From assembly GCA_000002445.1 (NCBI GenBank), contig CM000207.1:1536001-1600000 (forward strand): a stretch of DNA of 64,000 nt, read 5' to 3'. A program made the position numbers and the translations under genes. Position 1 is the stretch's first letter; every line of letters begins with the position of its first letter. The notes beneath the pieces were generated by a model. That model ran no database searches. It was not told where the DNA came from and worked only from the letters and a program-made list of their open reading frames with translations. Positions 52,092 to 63,236 of the stretch are shown here, one piece after another. This DNA is from Trypanosoma brucei. Taxonomy: Eukaryota.

Positions 52092-55000
52092 CTACCAGAA
52101 ACTCAGCAGTGCGAATGCAACGCGTGCAGCCACTACGGATAAGCCAAACAAAAAGACCGTTCCCTCAAGTGGACGCCGCAACGCAACTACACCCATCCAA
52201 CAGGCGACAAACATAAAGGTAAATGATCCCACTTTTGTTAGTAGTTTCAACTTCGGGTACCGCCTGCCCAAATCTCCCATACTGTATTCTAAGCGCTCAA
52301 TCGTCCTCTCTCCCAATACCTCCTGCGATTCTAACCTTTCTCTCTGCTTTCTTTTCTTACCTTCCCGTCTCTCCTCACCGCCGCTACAGTTCGTCCCACC
52401 CACATATTGCATCTTCTTGGCGCTGCCACGATCTGTGATGCCGTCTTGATGAAGGAGTGCAAGGTACACCGTTCCGTAGACAACAGCTAAGCAGCCCTGA
52501 GCCACGGTAAGAGCAATAATTTGTTCAGGCAAACTTTCAAATCTCTCTGAGTCTGTTAGAGTTTCCGTTGGCAACATAAAGTAGTTTCGTATTAGAAGTC
52601 CACTTCCTTCAAAGTGAGTCGCCAACTGAATCGGGAATATAACAAGCAGACACAACTGTTGGTACCTTCGTCCTGTATTGGTAAACATTTCCTCAGGAAT
52701 GCACCAGAGAGAAGCAAGCGCGAAAATGCAAGATATGTTTGTGGTGACATACACGTGCATCCAGTAGACGGTGCTGTGCAGCACCATAGGAGCCAACCAC
52801 AAGAATGCAAAGGGCCACACCGCCAACCTGCCTGACGGCCGCCTAATCAACAAGGGTCGGATCACCTTGAATAGAGGCCACAACAAATAATACTGAACTT
52901 GCATCAACGACACCGATAGGACCGTTAAACAGTAACTAAACACCAAATGTACCATGTGCTCTAGTGTTACGTCCGCTGGAACGGCCGCCACCATGCGAAT
53001 CCAGGAGTGCCTGCACGTGTCCAGCCGTGGTGGCAGCGCACACAAGAATACCAGCGTGAGTGCTTCCGAAAGACTCATCATGTCTGTGATATTGCCACCC
53101 GACACCCGTGGTGGCTCCTCGTCGAGGCACACAGACAGTGTTTGTCTTACCACATGAAGGCTTGCGAGCTCGATCCCCAGGCCAACGGCTATGGCAAGAA
53201 TGGTCGGCGATACTTCGAAAAATCCTCGAACTCCCTTCTCAGGTTCACCCCCGCCTCGCGCGAGGCGGGGCACGTGGAAGACAACTATTATAACGAAGAA
53301 GAAAAGCACATAGCAACTAATAAGCTGTATGGCGACAGAATATGTTGTGCCAATTGCCATCCACCGCAAGCTGTCGTAGTTAAGGCGCCACAGCCAATAA
53401 CTGGGCTTGATCCACTCAGGGGACTGGTGCATCTTCGTGTCTTCGAAATCCATCTTTGGCTGTATGTCAGGTGTCAGCACGTAGACCACATAAACATTGG
53501 TTACGTTGAAGGGCGTCGTGTGAAAAGGGCGCCAACTGTATGTAAATGAACTAACATTTTCCACATACGGGCCGAAAAAGTACTGATTCTGGGCCTCCGG
53601 TTCATCTAACGCAACTTTCTCACCTCCCCTAAACGTCACACGAAGGGAACGCAAAGATCCACATATGGTGACGGGGTAAACTGTTCTGTTTTTCACGTAC
53701 AGAGATAAACTAGTTTCCATTTGGGAAACGCGCATATTACGAATAAGGGAGAATCTCCCGTACTTCTCCACGGAGATGTCTCCACTCAACTGCGAATAGA
53801 GTGTGGCGTCGTGAACCTCCGGTGAAGACAACTCGCGCAATGGGTCAATAACGTCGTGCTGCACAAGGGCAAAGTGGCTCACATTTACCTTTTCATTCCG
53901 AACAAAGAAACAAAATCGTGGACGAAGCCGCAGTGACGATTGCTCTCTACGCCTCCGTAGAACCTGGAAACTCAACGCGGTGCGGAGAACCGTACCCTCA
54001 GTAACGTTACTATCCTTGCGCCGGTAAGGAAGATGCAGCTTAGTAGCCAGCCGCACTTGTAAATTAGATTGAGATAAAGGCTCCTCATTTTCTTCATCAG
54101 CAACTAAAGTCAACTCCGGGAGAATTACTTCCTCCGCTTCGTATGTTGTTGCCCCAACAAAAATATGTAATGGGCTCCAGGACTCAGTGTCTTCATCTTC
54201 ACTGACGGGTAGATCTTGTAGGTTGAGTGTGCTCTGTCCGTCTGCACAGAGCCTTGTCAGACCATTCATAAAGTGCCTTCCGTCAGTCATGTGGTACTTG
54301 TCATTTTCAGAATCGTAGTGAAGGGCAGTAGTGAAGCGAAACTTCTCCGCACGGTAGGCATCTGAGTTTCGGCTCAGCGTTTCAAGAACCATTGGGAACA
54401 TTCGCTCCCTTCCCACCGGAAGGGTCGACTCCACACCAACAAGTCTACCTGCCTCGCCGGTCAGGGATGCCACAACGGTATAATACCCTGCAGAATCCAG
54501 CAACTGAACCGCGTACACGAGACCGCGGTGGCTGAGGGAGATACCACATCCCCGCAATTCTTCTGTGCATACATCTCTACGACCTGCATACGGCGGTTTC
54601 GTTGCCAACAGCGGTCGATGCTCAGGTGACGTCGAACGTCGACTGACAGTGCGCATAATATGAGAACTTCGCGGTGGAACAATATCTTCGAGGGCTCCAC
54701 CGTGAACACTGACTAGACTGACACGCTCCAACCGCCCCGCAATGTCCGCATGTGGGACACTATTCAGATTTTTCAAGAGCTCGTAGGTGCTGGACCCCGC
54801 AAGTATTTTTGACCAGTTACGCTGCGTGTTACTTATATTTGCGTATGGCACAGTTACAGCATCCTGTATGGTTTTCTGGAAGTAGACAGCTGGTAAATCG
54901 AATAGCAGAGGCGAATAGCGTAGAGGTGGGCCCGCCATAACCAAGCCAGCGTACAGCTCAGGTGCAAGCAAGGCGGCAAATACGCCTAGAACACCGCCAA

Positions 55001-55970
55001 TCGACTCTGTCCACAGCCATATCCCCTCACGTTCCACCCGTTGAACTTCTTGTCGTATGCGTTCAGTAGAAGAAAACATGGCAACCTCCTTTTTCAAGGT
55101 TGAACAGGCTGAAGGATCAGGTGAGTACTCACTCCATGTTCCACACGCACTGTCAACGTACTCGTTTTCCACAGAAGCAGCAACGGGTATCTCGGAACGA
55201 TTTCCTCCTGCGGCGTGCCGAAGGTCACCTGGTGGCTGCTTGAGAACATCGTGGTAATGATCTAGGAACCTTCGGAATAGTTCATGAACGCTATGATTCA
55301 GGTACATCGCTTCCCTCGCCATAACGATAGCACTGTGTGCATTGGATTCTTCAAGAAAGTCTGGCGCAAATAACTCCACACCCAACATTGGTGTATCAGC
55401 AACCACCATATTTTCCGCCCTTCTCTGAATATCTTTGGGGATCTGTATGCCGGCTCTGGGTAACTCCGAACCCTCATTCTTGTACAACTGAAATATCTTG
55501 TTCCTCACCCTCTCACCGTAGTGAATGGCGTTGTAACGCCGCAACCTAACGACGGACTCCCCAACGACCCTTCCGAAGAAACGCATATCTTGATAACAAC
55601 CAGCGTTCCCATGAATATAGATGACAGGGACATTGGGAAATGCCTGAGGTTGGAGCTTTCGAAATGAATCAGTTTTGTTATCACGGTACCGCCATAATTT
55701 GTAGAACTTTCCCGTGGGAGGGTCGAAGGGGACCTCCACAAAGGTGGGTTCCGCTTCAACAAGGATTGCCTGAAGATCTGTGCGAACAGTCGTGGTGAGC
55801 CATCGCACTGCTGAAAACGCAAAAAACAATGTGAATGATGCTGAAAGAAGAAGCACGAGGAGTTCTTTCCTTGACCAGGCACGGAAACAGCCTACCACTG
55901 TGCTACCTGAAAGAAGACCAACCGGCAAAGGGACAACGGGTGACTGGCGACGACCCCTTTTTCCCACCAT
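52092..55970 (-). CDS. PGAP1-like protein (GPI inositol-deacylase family). It has an N-terminal alpha/beta-hydrolase region and a large C-terminal multi-TM domain (1292 aa).
   Basis: PVIYIHGNAGCYQDMRFFG resembles the PGAP1 IPGNAGSYKQVRS box. The putative nucleophile region is LWTESIGGVLG (canonical VGHSMGG). Signal-anchor at the N-terminus and about 10 hydrophobic helices in the C-terminal 450 aa. Confidence 0.6.
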   Translation of the reverse strand: MVGKRGRRQSPVVPLPVGLLSGSTVVGCFRAWSRKELLVLLLSASFTLFFAFSAVRWLTTTVRTDLQAILVEAEPTFVEVPFDPPTGKFYKLWRYRDNKTDSFRKLQPQAFPNVPVIYIHGNAGCYQDMRFFGRVVGESVVRLRRYNAIHYGERVRNKIFQLYKNEGSELPRAGIQIPKDIQRRAENMVVADTPMLGVELFAPDFLEESNAHSAIVMAREAMYLNHSVHELFRRFLDHYHDVLKQPPGDLRHAAGGNRSEIPVAASVENEYVDSACGTWSEYSPDPSACSTLKKEVAMFSSTERIRQEVQRVEREGIWLWTESIGGVLGVFAALLAPELYAGLVMAGPPLRYSPLLFDLPAVYFQKTIQDAVTVPYANISNTQRNWSKILAGSSTYELLKNLNSVPHADIAGRLERVSLVSVHGGALEDIVPPRSSHIMRTVSRRSTSPEHRPLLATKPPYAGRRDVCTEELRGCGISLSHRGLVYAVQLLDSAGYYTVVASLTGEAGRLVGVESTLPVGRERMFPMVLETLSRNSDAYRAEKFRFTTALHYDSENDKYHMTDGRHFMNGLTRLCADGQSTLNLQDLPVSEDEDTESWSPLHIFVGATTYEAEEVILPELTLVADEENEEPLSQSNLQVRLATKLHLPYRRKDSNVTEGTVLRTALSFQVLRRRREQSSLRLRPRFCFFVRNEKVNVSHFALVQHDVIDPLRELSSPEVHDATLYSQLSGDISVEKYGRFSLIRNMRVSQMETSLSLYVKNRTVYPVTICGSLRSLRVTFRGGEKVALDEPEAQNQYFFGPYVENVSSFTYSWRPFHTTPFNVTNVYVVYVLTPDIQPKMDFEDTKMHQSPEWIKPSYWLWRLNYDSLRWMAIGTTYSVAIQLISCYVLFFFVIIVVFHVPRLARGGGEPEKGVRGFFEVSPTILAIAVGLGIELASLHVVRQTLSVCLDEEPPRVSGGNITDMMSLSEALTLVFLCALPPRLDTCRHSWIRMVAAVPADVTLEHMVHLVFSYCLTVLSVSLMQVQYYLLWPLFKVIRPLLIRRPSGRLAVWPFAFLWLAPMVLHSTVYWMHVYVTTNISCIFALASLWCIPEEMFTNTGRRYQQLCLLVIFPIQLATHFEGSGLLIRNYFMLPTETLTDSERFESLPEQIIALTVAQGCLAVVYGTVYLALLHQDGITDRGSAKKMQYVGGTNCSGGEERREGKKRKQRERLESQEVLGERTIERLEYSMGDLGRRYPKLKLLTKVGSFTFMFVACWMGVVALRRPLEGTVFLFGLSVVAARVAFALLSFW

Positions 55971-56558
55971 TTTCGTCCTTAGTTAACCTTCCTCCTTCCC
56001 CCCCTTTCCCTCTTGATTTAGTTCCTGTTACCCAACCCCACCCTTCCTTGACCTATCAGTCTTAACGTTTTGTCCCAACCCTTAGAAAACGAAAGAAAAG
56101 AGTTAAAAGAGATGCAAACGGATAGCTGAATCCACCAAACAACGTGAAAAGGGAGGAAGAACATACCGAGCGCGTTGGATGAATCGTCCCAGTAGGGCAG
56201 GGGAAAAAACCATGAAAGTCCCGCGATGAAAAACACGTTCAGCGAGTGCGCTTGAAGGAAGAAGAAATCCGAAGGAGAAAAGAAACAAACAAGGAGTGGG
56301 AGATTCAACTAGTGTTCTGGGCCACCAGCTCCTCGCACCTTCCCTTCTTTTCTCCTTTAAAAAAAATAATAATAATATTGCAAATGAATTTGCCAAATGC
56401 GTCAGTACAGTACCCTTCTGAAGTAAAACGAAACAGCGAATAGCCGCATACACAAACAAACTAACAGGCGACAAAAAAAAATGTAACGCAAAACCACCAA
56501 AAGAAATTGATACTCGAAACAAAGTGCCCTCTACAAGAAACATGAGCACGCATCTCTG

Positions 56559-57590
56559 TCACTTGTTCAGTGCACGTCCTGTCGACGCCGCAATGTATAT
56601 CTTACCTCCTGTTTTCTCCGCCTCCTCCTCAAGGATTTTGGTTTGACGCCACTTGAGAAATATAAGCGCCGTAATCGTAATGATCTCTTCGTCTACCATG
56701 AAGAACGTAACCCAAATGGAGAACCAAATCACCCAATAGCGCAACAACGTGTCCTTAAGCTTATCCCAAAAGTCAATCGGCTCCGGTGGCTTCTGCACCC
56801 GGCACTCAAACCGCAGATCTTTTTCGGTGTGACTCACCACAAATTCTCCCTGTTCAATGAGGCTGTGTGTTTCCTCCGGCATGGGCCGAACAATTAGTTT
56901 CTTCCACATCTTTTCTGTGTCCTCCACAACCAACTCAAAGTGCCCCTTCTCCTTCACCGCCGGGATGTCGAGCACACGTTTCAAATCCTCCTCGGTTTTT
57001 ATGTCCTCCAGTGGGAGACCCAATGCAAACCAGCGGCGACCCGACGTCGGAGCGAAGCGGCAGGTCCCGAATAAACGCCGCTCAAGCAACAAGAGATCAC
57101 TGAGAAGTCTGTCGGACTCCGGTGTCGACGTGCGAACCTCAAGAAGTGTGTTATGTACAGTTCGTGTGATGATGGTGTCACGACGTACATCAAAGTTATA
57201 ATGATGTAGGACAAACCGTGTGGCTTCTCCCTTCAAGGCGGTACTGCCAGCAGTACTTAAGTAGAAACCAGCAGCCATTATTGCCTCGTGTAGCTGCAGA
57301 CGATGAAAAGGGTCGCTAACAGTAGGCTTGTACAACTCGGCTCGACATTGAGTAATACACTCGTCTAAAAGGTTACGTGCGTCGCGCTTTTGATGAAAAT
57401 TAGACAGGTCCGACAGTAGATCCAAGGCGGGAACAAGCGGAGCAACCCCCAAAAAGGGTGAAGCATCGATGGCCGCCTTTTTTGCAGCGTCAAGTTGGGC
57501 GTCTTTGAGAACATGTGGAAGTTGCACAACATTGGTGGGCACTAGTGCGGTAAAAAGGTGCACACGTCTGACAAACGTACGACATAACAT
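56559..57590 (-). CDS. Hypothetical protein with a presequence-like N-terminus (MLCRTFVRRVHLFTALV...) and one C-terminal TM helix. The track ORF extends to 57818, but the polypyrimidine tract (mRNA sense) lies within that extension.
   Basis: ORF with coding composition. A purine-rich stretch on + at about 57740-57790 would place the trans-splice site downstream of the first Met of the track ORF. Confidence 0.5.
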   Translation of the reverse strand: MLCRTFVRRVHLFTALVPTNVVQLPHVLKDAQLDAAKKAAIDASPFLGVAPLVPALDLLSDLSNFHQKRDARNLLDECITQCRAELYKPTVSDPFHRLQLHEAIMAAGFYLSTAGSTALKGEATRFVLHHYNFDVRRDTIITRTVHNTLLEVRTSTPESDRLLSDLLLLERRLFGTCRFAPTSGRRWFALGLPLEDIKTEEDLKRVLDIPAVKEKGHFELVVEDTEKMWKKLIVRPMPEETHSLIEQGEFVVSHTEKDLRFECRVQKPPEPIDFWDKLKDTLLRYWVIWFSIWVTFFMVDEEIITITALIFLKWRQTKILEEEAEKTGGKIYIAASTGRALNK

Positions 57591-58304
57591 AGCTTGATGA
57601 TGTGTACGCCTATCTAGAGCAAATGTAGCGCTTAAAACCCTTAGTGAGTGCCTTCCCCACTTCTTACACCTCTTCCCTCGTGTATCAGGGTAATTTCTAC
57701 TTGCACTCGACGTATAATAGGCCACAAATTGTGGTACGGAGAAAGGAGTTCTTTCACTAGAAAGAATAATGATAAGCATAAAGTGTTCGTTTATTAAGCA
57801 AATAATGGATTGGATCAATTGTAGTGAGGGAAATTAATGTAAATAATATAAATTAATATATATATATTTATACGTGTATATGTTCCTTGTCGCGTCTCTC
57901 GTATTGGTTCTGTACATCACCGCGTTGATCCCCCACACACAGGGGGAGGGAAAACGCATAGTCCACACGTAGTGCATGTCATTTCGGACGAGGAAAGCGG
58001 GGATTTCAAGCTCCAAATTCGAGTTCAAACGAGTTGGCAGGAGACATATCCGTCGCGTACTTCTTGCCGGACGTGGAATGGATGGGTCACATGCGGGGAA
58101 GAATTTGCACACGCACACACACGAAAAAAACAAACAAGAATAAGTAAAGGAGGCGACCGCAGAAGAGTGAGGAAGATGTGACCAGTTGATAACGGTGCTA
58201 ATAATGACAAGAGCAGTAGCGTTAGCACAATGGACACCGTAACGTAAAACGGTTCCCCTCAGCATGAAGTTTTCCACTCTGATGGTTTGCTACCTACAAC
58301 GCCT

Positions 58305-60062
58305 CTAATCCAGAGCAAACAAATAGCGATTGTGAAAAGCAACCCCAAACAACTTCTCCGACTTCTTCGCAAAGTTGTATTCAATGCGACTCGCTGACGT
58401 TGCGGTCAACTCACCAGTTGTGGCTGCTTTGGCAGCAGAAGAGCCAGTTGTTCCATCGCATGTTGCTGGTGAAGGCTGCGGTACGGTCTTTTGATGTACC
58501 TGTGCTTCCCTACCACATCCATTACCTGTCACCCTCTGTTCAAGCCCAAGTTTTCCGCGGATATAACGACATATAGATCCAACAATCGAGTCAGGAAATT
58601 TTTCCAGCATTGCATCGATAGAATCACCTTTGCGCGTCTTCGACTCTAAACGGTGAAGCATGACAGTTAGCTGCCCTGGGGGTAACTTATCCATTTCCTC
58701 CTTGAGTGCAGGCGGGATTTCGCCCTGTTGAACGGCAGCGAGATTTTCCACATAGCTCTTTCGCTCCTGCATGACCTTCTCCTCCTCTTCCCGGAGCCGC
58801 TCCATCTTTTGTTTGTGTTCAAGTAGTTCCTTCTCTCTTCGCTCCCGTTCTATACGCTGCTCCTCCTCCTCAAGCAAAGCCGCATCGACGTCGGGTTTGG
58901 TGCCAAGGTCTGATGTCTCATCAGGAAGTTTCACGCGCAGCTTTAGCTTTAGTGTGCGTGTTTTCCGTACAAATTTGGCATCCTGCAACTCCTCGTCAAT
59001 CGGATAACCAAGCGGGACTGTGAGAAAGGGAACACCGTCTTCGCAATCAACATAGAGTAATTCTATGCGCTTGGGCGATACGCGAACGTCTACCTCTGCT
59101 ATTGTTGTCACGGTTGGTATGTGCAGTTCCACAAGGTAAGCGGCTGGCACGGTCTCGCGAAAATACGGGTTAATAGTTGGTTTGGAATGAGTAGACCAGT
59201 CGTAGATGCCCTCACTTTCAACTCTCATAACGGAGGGTTTTGGTTCCTCCGGTGGTGACGGTGAGTTTACAGTAGGGGGAGGCGCGGGTGCGGCTGCGGG
59301 TGCGGGTGCATCTGTTATTTCTTGCACAAGTTTCCCTGTCCCACTACGGCCGCCAACATTTGTCACTGGGGAAGCTGCGGTAGCATTTGCTGGGAGACGA
59401 ATCTCATCTCCCAAAGCATTGGCCACCTTCGGGGTTGTGGAAAGTCGAATTCTCTGCGGCTCCAGTGTTCCCTTAACTCTAAAAGACATGTTTCTATACT
59501 CCTGCAGGTTTAGTGTTGGCTCTGATTTTTGCTGAATCCAGTGGATACAGAGCGAAATGACGAAGCACCGAAAATCGTGATCTTGAGTGCATCTATGGAT
59601 TGTCGAAGGATTCACAATGACGTCGTACACCTTACATGGCTTGCCGCTTTTGTCAGACTCAGCACGCGCTTGACCACAACTTAAGGGAATACGAAATTTA
59701 ACCTCCGCTTCATTATCGTCGTCGATAGGTATGGGTTCGGCGATACGCTCGTGTTTGCACACATTCACAAACACCTTTCCTCCTCCCGCCACCTTGCACT
59801 TAACGCAGAATCCGGGTTCCGGAAGAATGTACATCCACTGTCCATTTTCATCACTATGAATCTCTTCTAACTTGGCCTTGGCTGATTTCATACTCTCTTC
59901 CTGGATCTTTTTCTGTAAGTCCGCCAACCACTTCTCTCGTTGTGGATCCCCCTCAGGTGGAATATTTTTAATATTTTCTTCACCACCCATCGCCCGCTGA
60001 AAAATCTCCATGAACTGCGGGTTCTGAAGGAGCGCCGCGCCTGCCTTTTGCGTGTCGGTCAT
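58305..60062 (-). CDS. PIH1-domain protein (Kintoun/DNAAF2-like), with a C-terminal CS-like domain and charged coiled-coil
   Basis: PEPGFCVKCKVAGGGKVFVNVCKHERI...FRIPLSCGQARAESDKSGKPCKVYDVIVNPSTIH versus Kintoun PGFCIKTNSSEGKVFINICHSPSIP...FRIPMSLGEPHAELDAKGQGCTAYDVAVNSDFY. Confidence 0.75.
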   Translation of the reverse strand: MTDTQKAGAALLQNPQFMEIFQRAMGGEENIKNIPPEGDPQREKWLADLQKKIQEESMKSAKAKLEEIHSDENGQWMYILPEPGFCVKCKVAGGGKVFVNVCKHERIAEPIPIDDDNEAEVKFRIPLSCGQARAESDKSGKPCKVYDVIVNPSTIHRCTQDHDFRCFVISLCIHWIQQKSEPTLNLQEYRNMSFRVKGTLEPQRIRLSTTPKVANALGDEIRLPANATAASPVTNVGGRSGTGKLVQEITDAPAPAAAPAPPPTVNSPSPPEEPKPSVMRVESEGIYDWSTHSKPTINPYFRETVPAAYLVELHIPTVTTIAEVDVRVSPKRIELLYVDCEDGVPFLTVPLGYPIDEELQDAKFVRKTRTLKLKLRVKLPDETSDLGTKPDVDAALLEEEEQRIERERREKELLEHKQKMERLREEEEKVMQERKSYVENLAAVQQGEIPPALKEEMDKLPPGQLTVMLHRLESKTRKGDSIDAMLEKFPDSIVGSICRYIRGKLGLEQRVTGNGCGREAQVHQKTVPQPSPATCDGTTGSSAAKAATTGELTATSASRIEYNFAKKSEKLFGVAFHNRYLFALD

Positions 60063-60553
60063 CGAAATGAAATTTGCAGTAGAAACCTATACCTTCTTCC
60101 TTTCCTCGTGTGGTAACTTCAACAACAGCAGAAACAAACTTGGATCATCATGTCTGAATATATAATTGCACATGTCGCTTCTCCTCTTACACGTAACGTC
60201 GAAGCAACAATATTAATGAAACGAAGGTGGAAGGGATGACAAGGGGGAATAAATATTCCAAGTGCATACCTTATTTGTTTGTGAGCATTTCTCCGCCGAG
60301 TAACTTTGCTGCGGGGCGGATCAACTCTCTCCACCGTGTTTTTGTCAAACGGAGATCTGGTTTTTGTGACCCGGAAAAAAATAATAATATTATTACACTC
60401 AAAGCGTAAACCGCACACGCACCTGTAATATTGCTTCCACTGTGAAACCTGATTCCGAGTGTAAACGTACGCAAAAAAAACAAAAAATAGGGCATGTTTC
60501 CTTGACTACAAATAAGTCACAAGGCAACATAGGTGACAGGACACCTTTACACG

Positions 60554-62143
60554 TTAACTGAAGCCATAATCTTCATGGAGATCGACAGGGTTAGGCATGC
60601 CATAGTATTTCTTTTTGTTCTGAAGCATTGCGTTCTCCGGGAAGGCCAACAACTCCCGTGCAAAGTGGTCCAATGTGGGAGCAACGTAGTGTGGCGTCTT
60701 ATCTCCATTCTTTTCCATCCATTCGAATTCTGTATCATTCTCCGATTTCGTGCGATACGCTACGGGCGTCACACCTACACCTGAGAGAACGTGCACGGAC
60801 GTCCATTTCCCCCCTCTTGCATTGGCACCCATTATATCCGTGTCAACATTGTCACCAACCATGAAAATTGCACGCATATCTTCCGGGTTCCAACCTAGAC
60901 GCGAGGTAACCTCCTTCATCCTGCGCTCAGCAAAGGCATAGGCAATGGCGCGTGGCTTGCCATAAGTTGTCACGTGAAGGTTCTGACCAGTGAGGCTGTA
61001 AAACACTGCATGAAGCATTTCACGGAATGCTCCGTTGCCAAGTCGAGGAAGTTCCGCCTCGGCCGCCCACAGAAAGTCATCACTGGCACAGTAAAGGGGA
61101 ATGCTCTGGGTACTTGACACGTACTTACCCACTTTACCGCGCGGCGAAAGCAACACATCAATGATCGTTTGGATATCACAAAACGCGTCCTCCGGTTCAC
61201 GAAGTACAAATACAGCGGCAATCTCTGGAAATGGAACGTTAACATCTGAGACTTTCTCAAGTGATCCCCATCTCCTGAAGGGAACCAGCTCCGGATGCTC
61301 CGCCTGAAATCGCTGTATTGATATAGCCCCATCAAAACCGTACGCCTTAGCCACGTTGGCACTCTCTAGGGAACCAACAATCAGCACTTTCTGCCCTTTG
61401 TACATTTGAGCCAATAGTTTCATCGGGGTGTGAGCGAGTAAGACTTGAGACGCGTCAATTGTACAACCCAACAGCCGCGAATATTCTTCTGCCTTCTTTT
61501 CCTCGGAGACTCCACCACCGTTTGTCATAAATAACAAGGGAATCTTCAACTCCATTAACTTGCGAATGGCCACATCAGATCCCTCAATAATCTTTCGCAT
61601 GCGATACACGACCCCGTCAACATCGAGAACAATCCCTGCCGTCCCATGCAACGGCCAGCGGAGTTCATTTCCGCGGCGCTCCACAGAAGACTCAAATTTG
61701 TATGGAATCTTTTGATGCAAGTCCGCTTTGAGCATGTCCAGCACATCATCTGAGTAACCGCCACCGCTCGATGGCGCGGCATGCGTTTTCAGTCGTGATG
61801 CATAGTCTCCGATGGCAGCCATTTTATTATTGTCGAAGTAAATCACAGGTTTTGCGCCGTATGGAACGAAGTCACGGCGCTCACGCAAAACAGCTTCGTT
61901 CCGCAAATGTAGCTCTTCTATTCGAAGCATATCAGAAGGGGATAACTCCTCGGTGAGAGCTTGCCTCTCCATTTCTTCATGGCGGGATTGCATTTTCTTT
62001 TTCGTAATCACTGGATTGCTACTCTGCATCAAGCCAGCGAAGAAATCATCAGCAGCTTTTCCATCGCGCTCCCACGGGGGAATAAAACGCCGTCGCAGTA
62101 GCGCAGTCGGCCTCGCAATTCCTCCCCAAGAGGCGGAGAACAT
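60554..62143 (-). CDS. HAD-superfamily subfamily IIA hydrolase (CECR5/HDHD5-like)
   Basis: GIVLDVDGVVYRMRKIIEGSDVAIRKLMELKIPLLFMTNGGG is the motif I DxDG plus the CECR5 hallmark FxTNGGG. The downstream motif IV is MVGDNVDTDIMGA. Confidence 0.8.
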   Translation of the reverse strand: MFSASWGGIARPTALLRRRFIPPWERDGKAADDFFAGLMQSSNPVITKKKMQSRHEEMERQALTEELSPSDMLRIEELHLRNEAVLRERRDFVPYGAKPVIYFDNNKMAAIGDYASRLKTHAAPSSGGGYSDDVLDMLKADLHQKIPYKFESSVERRGNELRWPLHGTAGIVLDVDGVVYRMRKIIEGSDVAIRKLMELKIPLLFMTNGGGVSEEKKAEEYSRLLGCTIDASQVLLAHTPMKLLAQMYKGQKVLIVGSLESANVAKAYGFDGAISIQRFQAEHPELVPFRRWGSLEKVSDVNVPFPEIAAVFVLREPEDAFCDIQTIIDVLLSPRGKVGKYVSSTQSIPLYCASDDFLWAAEAELPRLGNGAFREMLHAVFYSLTGQNLHVTTYGKPRAIAYAFAERRMKEVTSRLGWNPEDMRAIFMVGDNVDTDIMGANARGGKWTSVHVLSGVGVTPVAYRTKSENDTEFEWMEKNGDKTPHYVAPTLDHFARELLAFPENAMLQNKKKYYGMPNPVDLHEDYGFS

Positions 62144-62831
62144 TTGTCCCCCTCCCTATTAATCGCAAGTGACCCCGCTTGCTGTATCGCCCTCGATACT
62201 GCCTTACCTACAGTATTCTTTTTTTTTCTTTTCTTTCACACTTTTCCGTATACAGGTGTTGCCACCAGCTTCACCCGCGAAAACATACACACAAAAAAAG
62301 CGGGAATATGAAAATGAAACCCATCATTCACTTTAGTTCTTTACTGGCTGATGTGGTTAAAGGAAGATTGCACACACCCGCAGACGCACATGTACGAAAA
62401 AATTCTCTGCCTAGCTGCGTTGTGTACTGCAAAGTTAAATCTCAGTGCTATTTATCATTCCCTCTCATGTAATGTACAAGTGCATAAATATGTTTGTGAT
62501 CATCCATCTGCGTACGCCTATGAAACAAATTGAATGAGTTATAAATTGCATTTCAAGTGCGACAACAATAACGGCAAAAAAGTGGCACTTCCTCCCCTCA
62601 GCGTAGTCCCAGAGATTGTCCCGCTGCACATACACATGAAGGTCTCCGATAGCCCTCCTCCAATTTGTGACTTTGAGGCAAGTTCTGCGGGTTGTGAACC
62701 CTGCTTAATCATCTCGCTGCCCTCCTGTACATGATTATCAAGTTTTCTTCCTTCGCACAAACCACAACGCTCGCTCCGTCCGTGTTTGTACGGAAGCAAC
62801 AACAACAACAACAAAACGGGAAATTGAAGTT

Positions 62832-63236
62832 TCAACCTTTGGCATCTTCCCTATAAGCCAATCCACTATTTTCCAAACCAGCTCTATAGCTATTGTTCAT
62901 GTGTTGCACCAGCGTTACTGGTGGCAGCTTGGCGCACTCTTCAAGATCTGACTTCATACGGATCAGTACGCCTTCCACGAGGCTTAACAATATAACCAAA
63001 AGTATCAGCAGAGCAAAACAGATGATGTTTGCCATATTCATGTTCCTCAGTGAGTCTTTGAGCGTGATGGCCGTCAATATATCGTCCACATTTCCCAACC
63101 CAAGCAACAGTTCTTGCGGAAGGGAGTTGACGGTACGAGATGTGGCACTAGTCCACAAGACGAATAACACAACAGAACAAAATACAGAGAGTATACACAA
63201 GGCAAAAATGTTTGTGGTAACCAGCAGTGTGTGCAT
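62832..63236 (-). CDS. Small hypothetical membrane protein (134 aa, two hydrophobic helices)
   Basis: ORF only; no family recognised. Confidence 0.4.
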   Translation of the reverse strand: MHTLLVTTNIFALCILSVFCSVVLFVLWTSATSRTVNSLPQELLLGLGNVDDILTAITLKDSLRNMNMANIICFALLILLVILLSLVEGVLIRMKSDLEECAKLPPVTLVQHMNNSYRAGLENSGLAYREDAKG

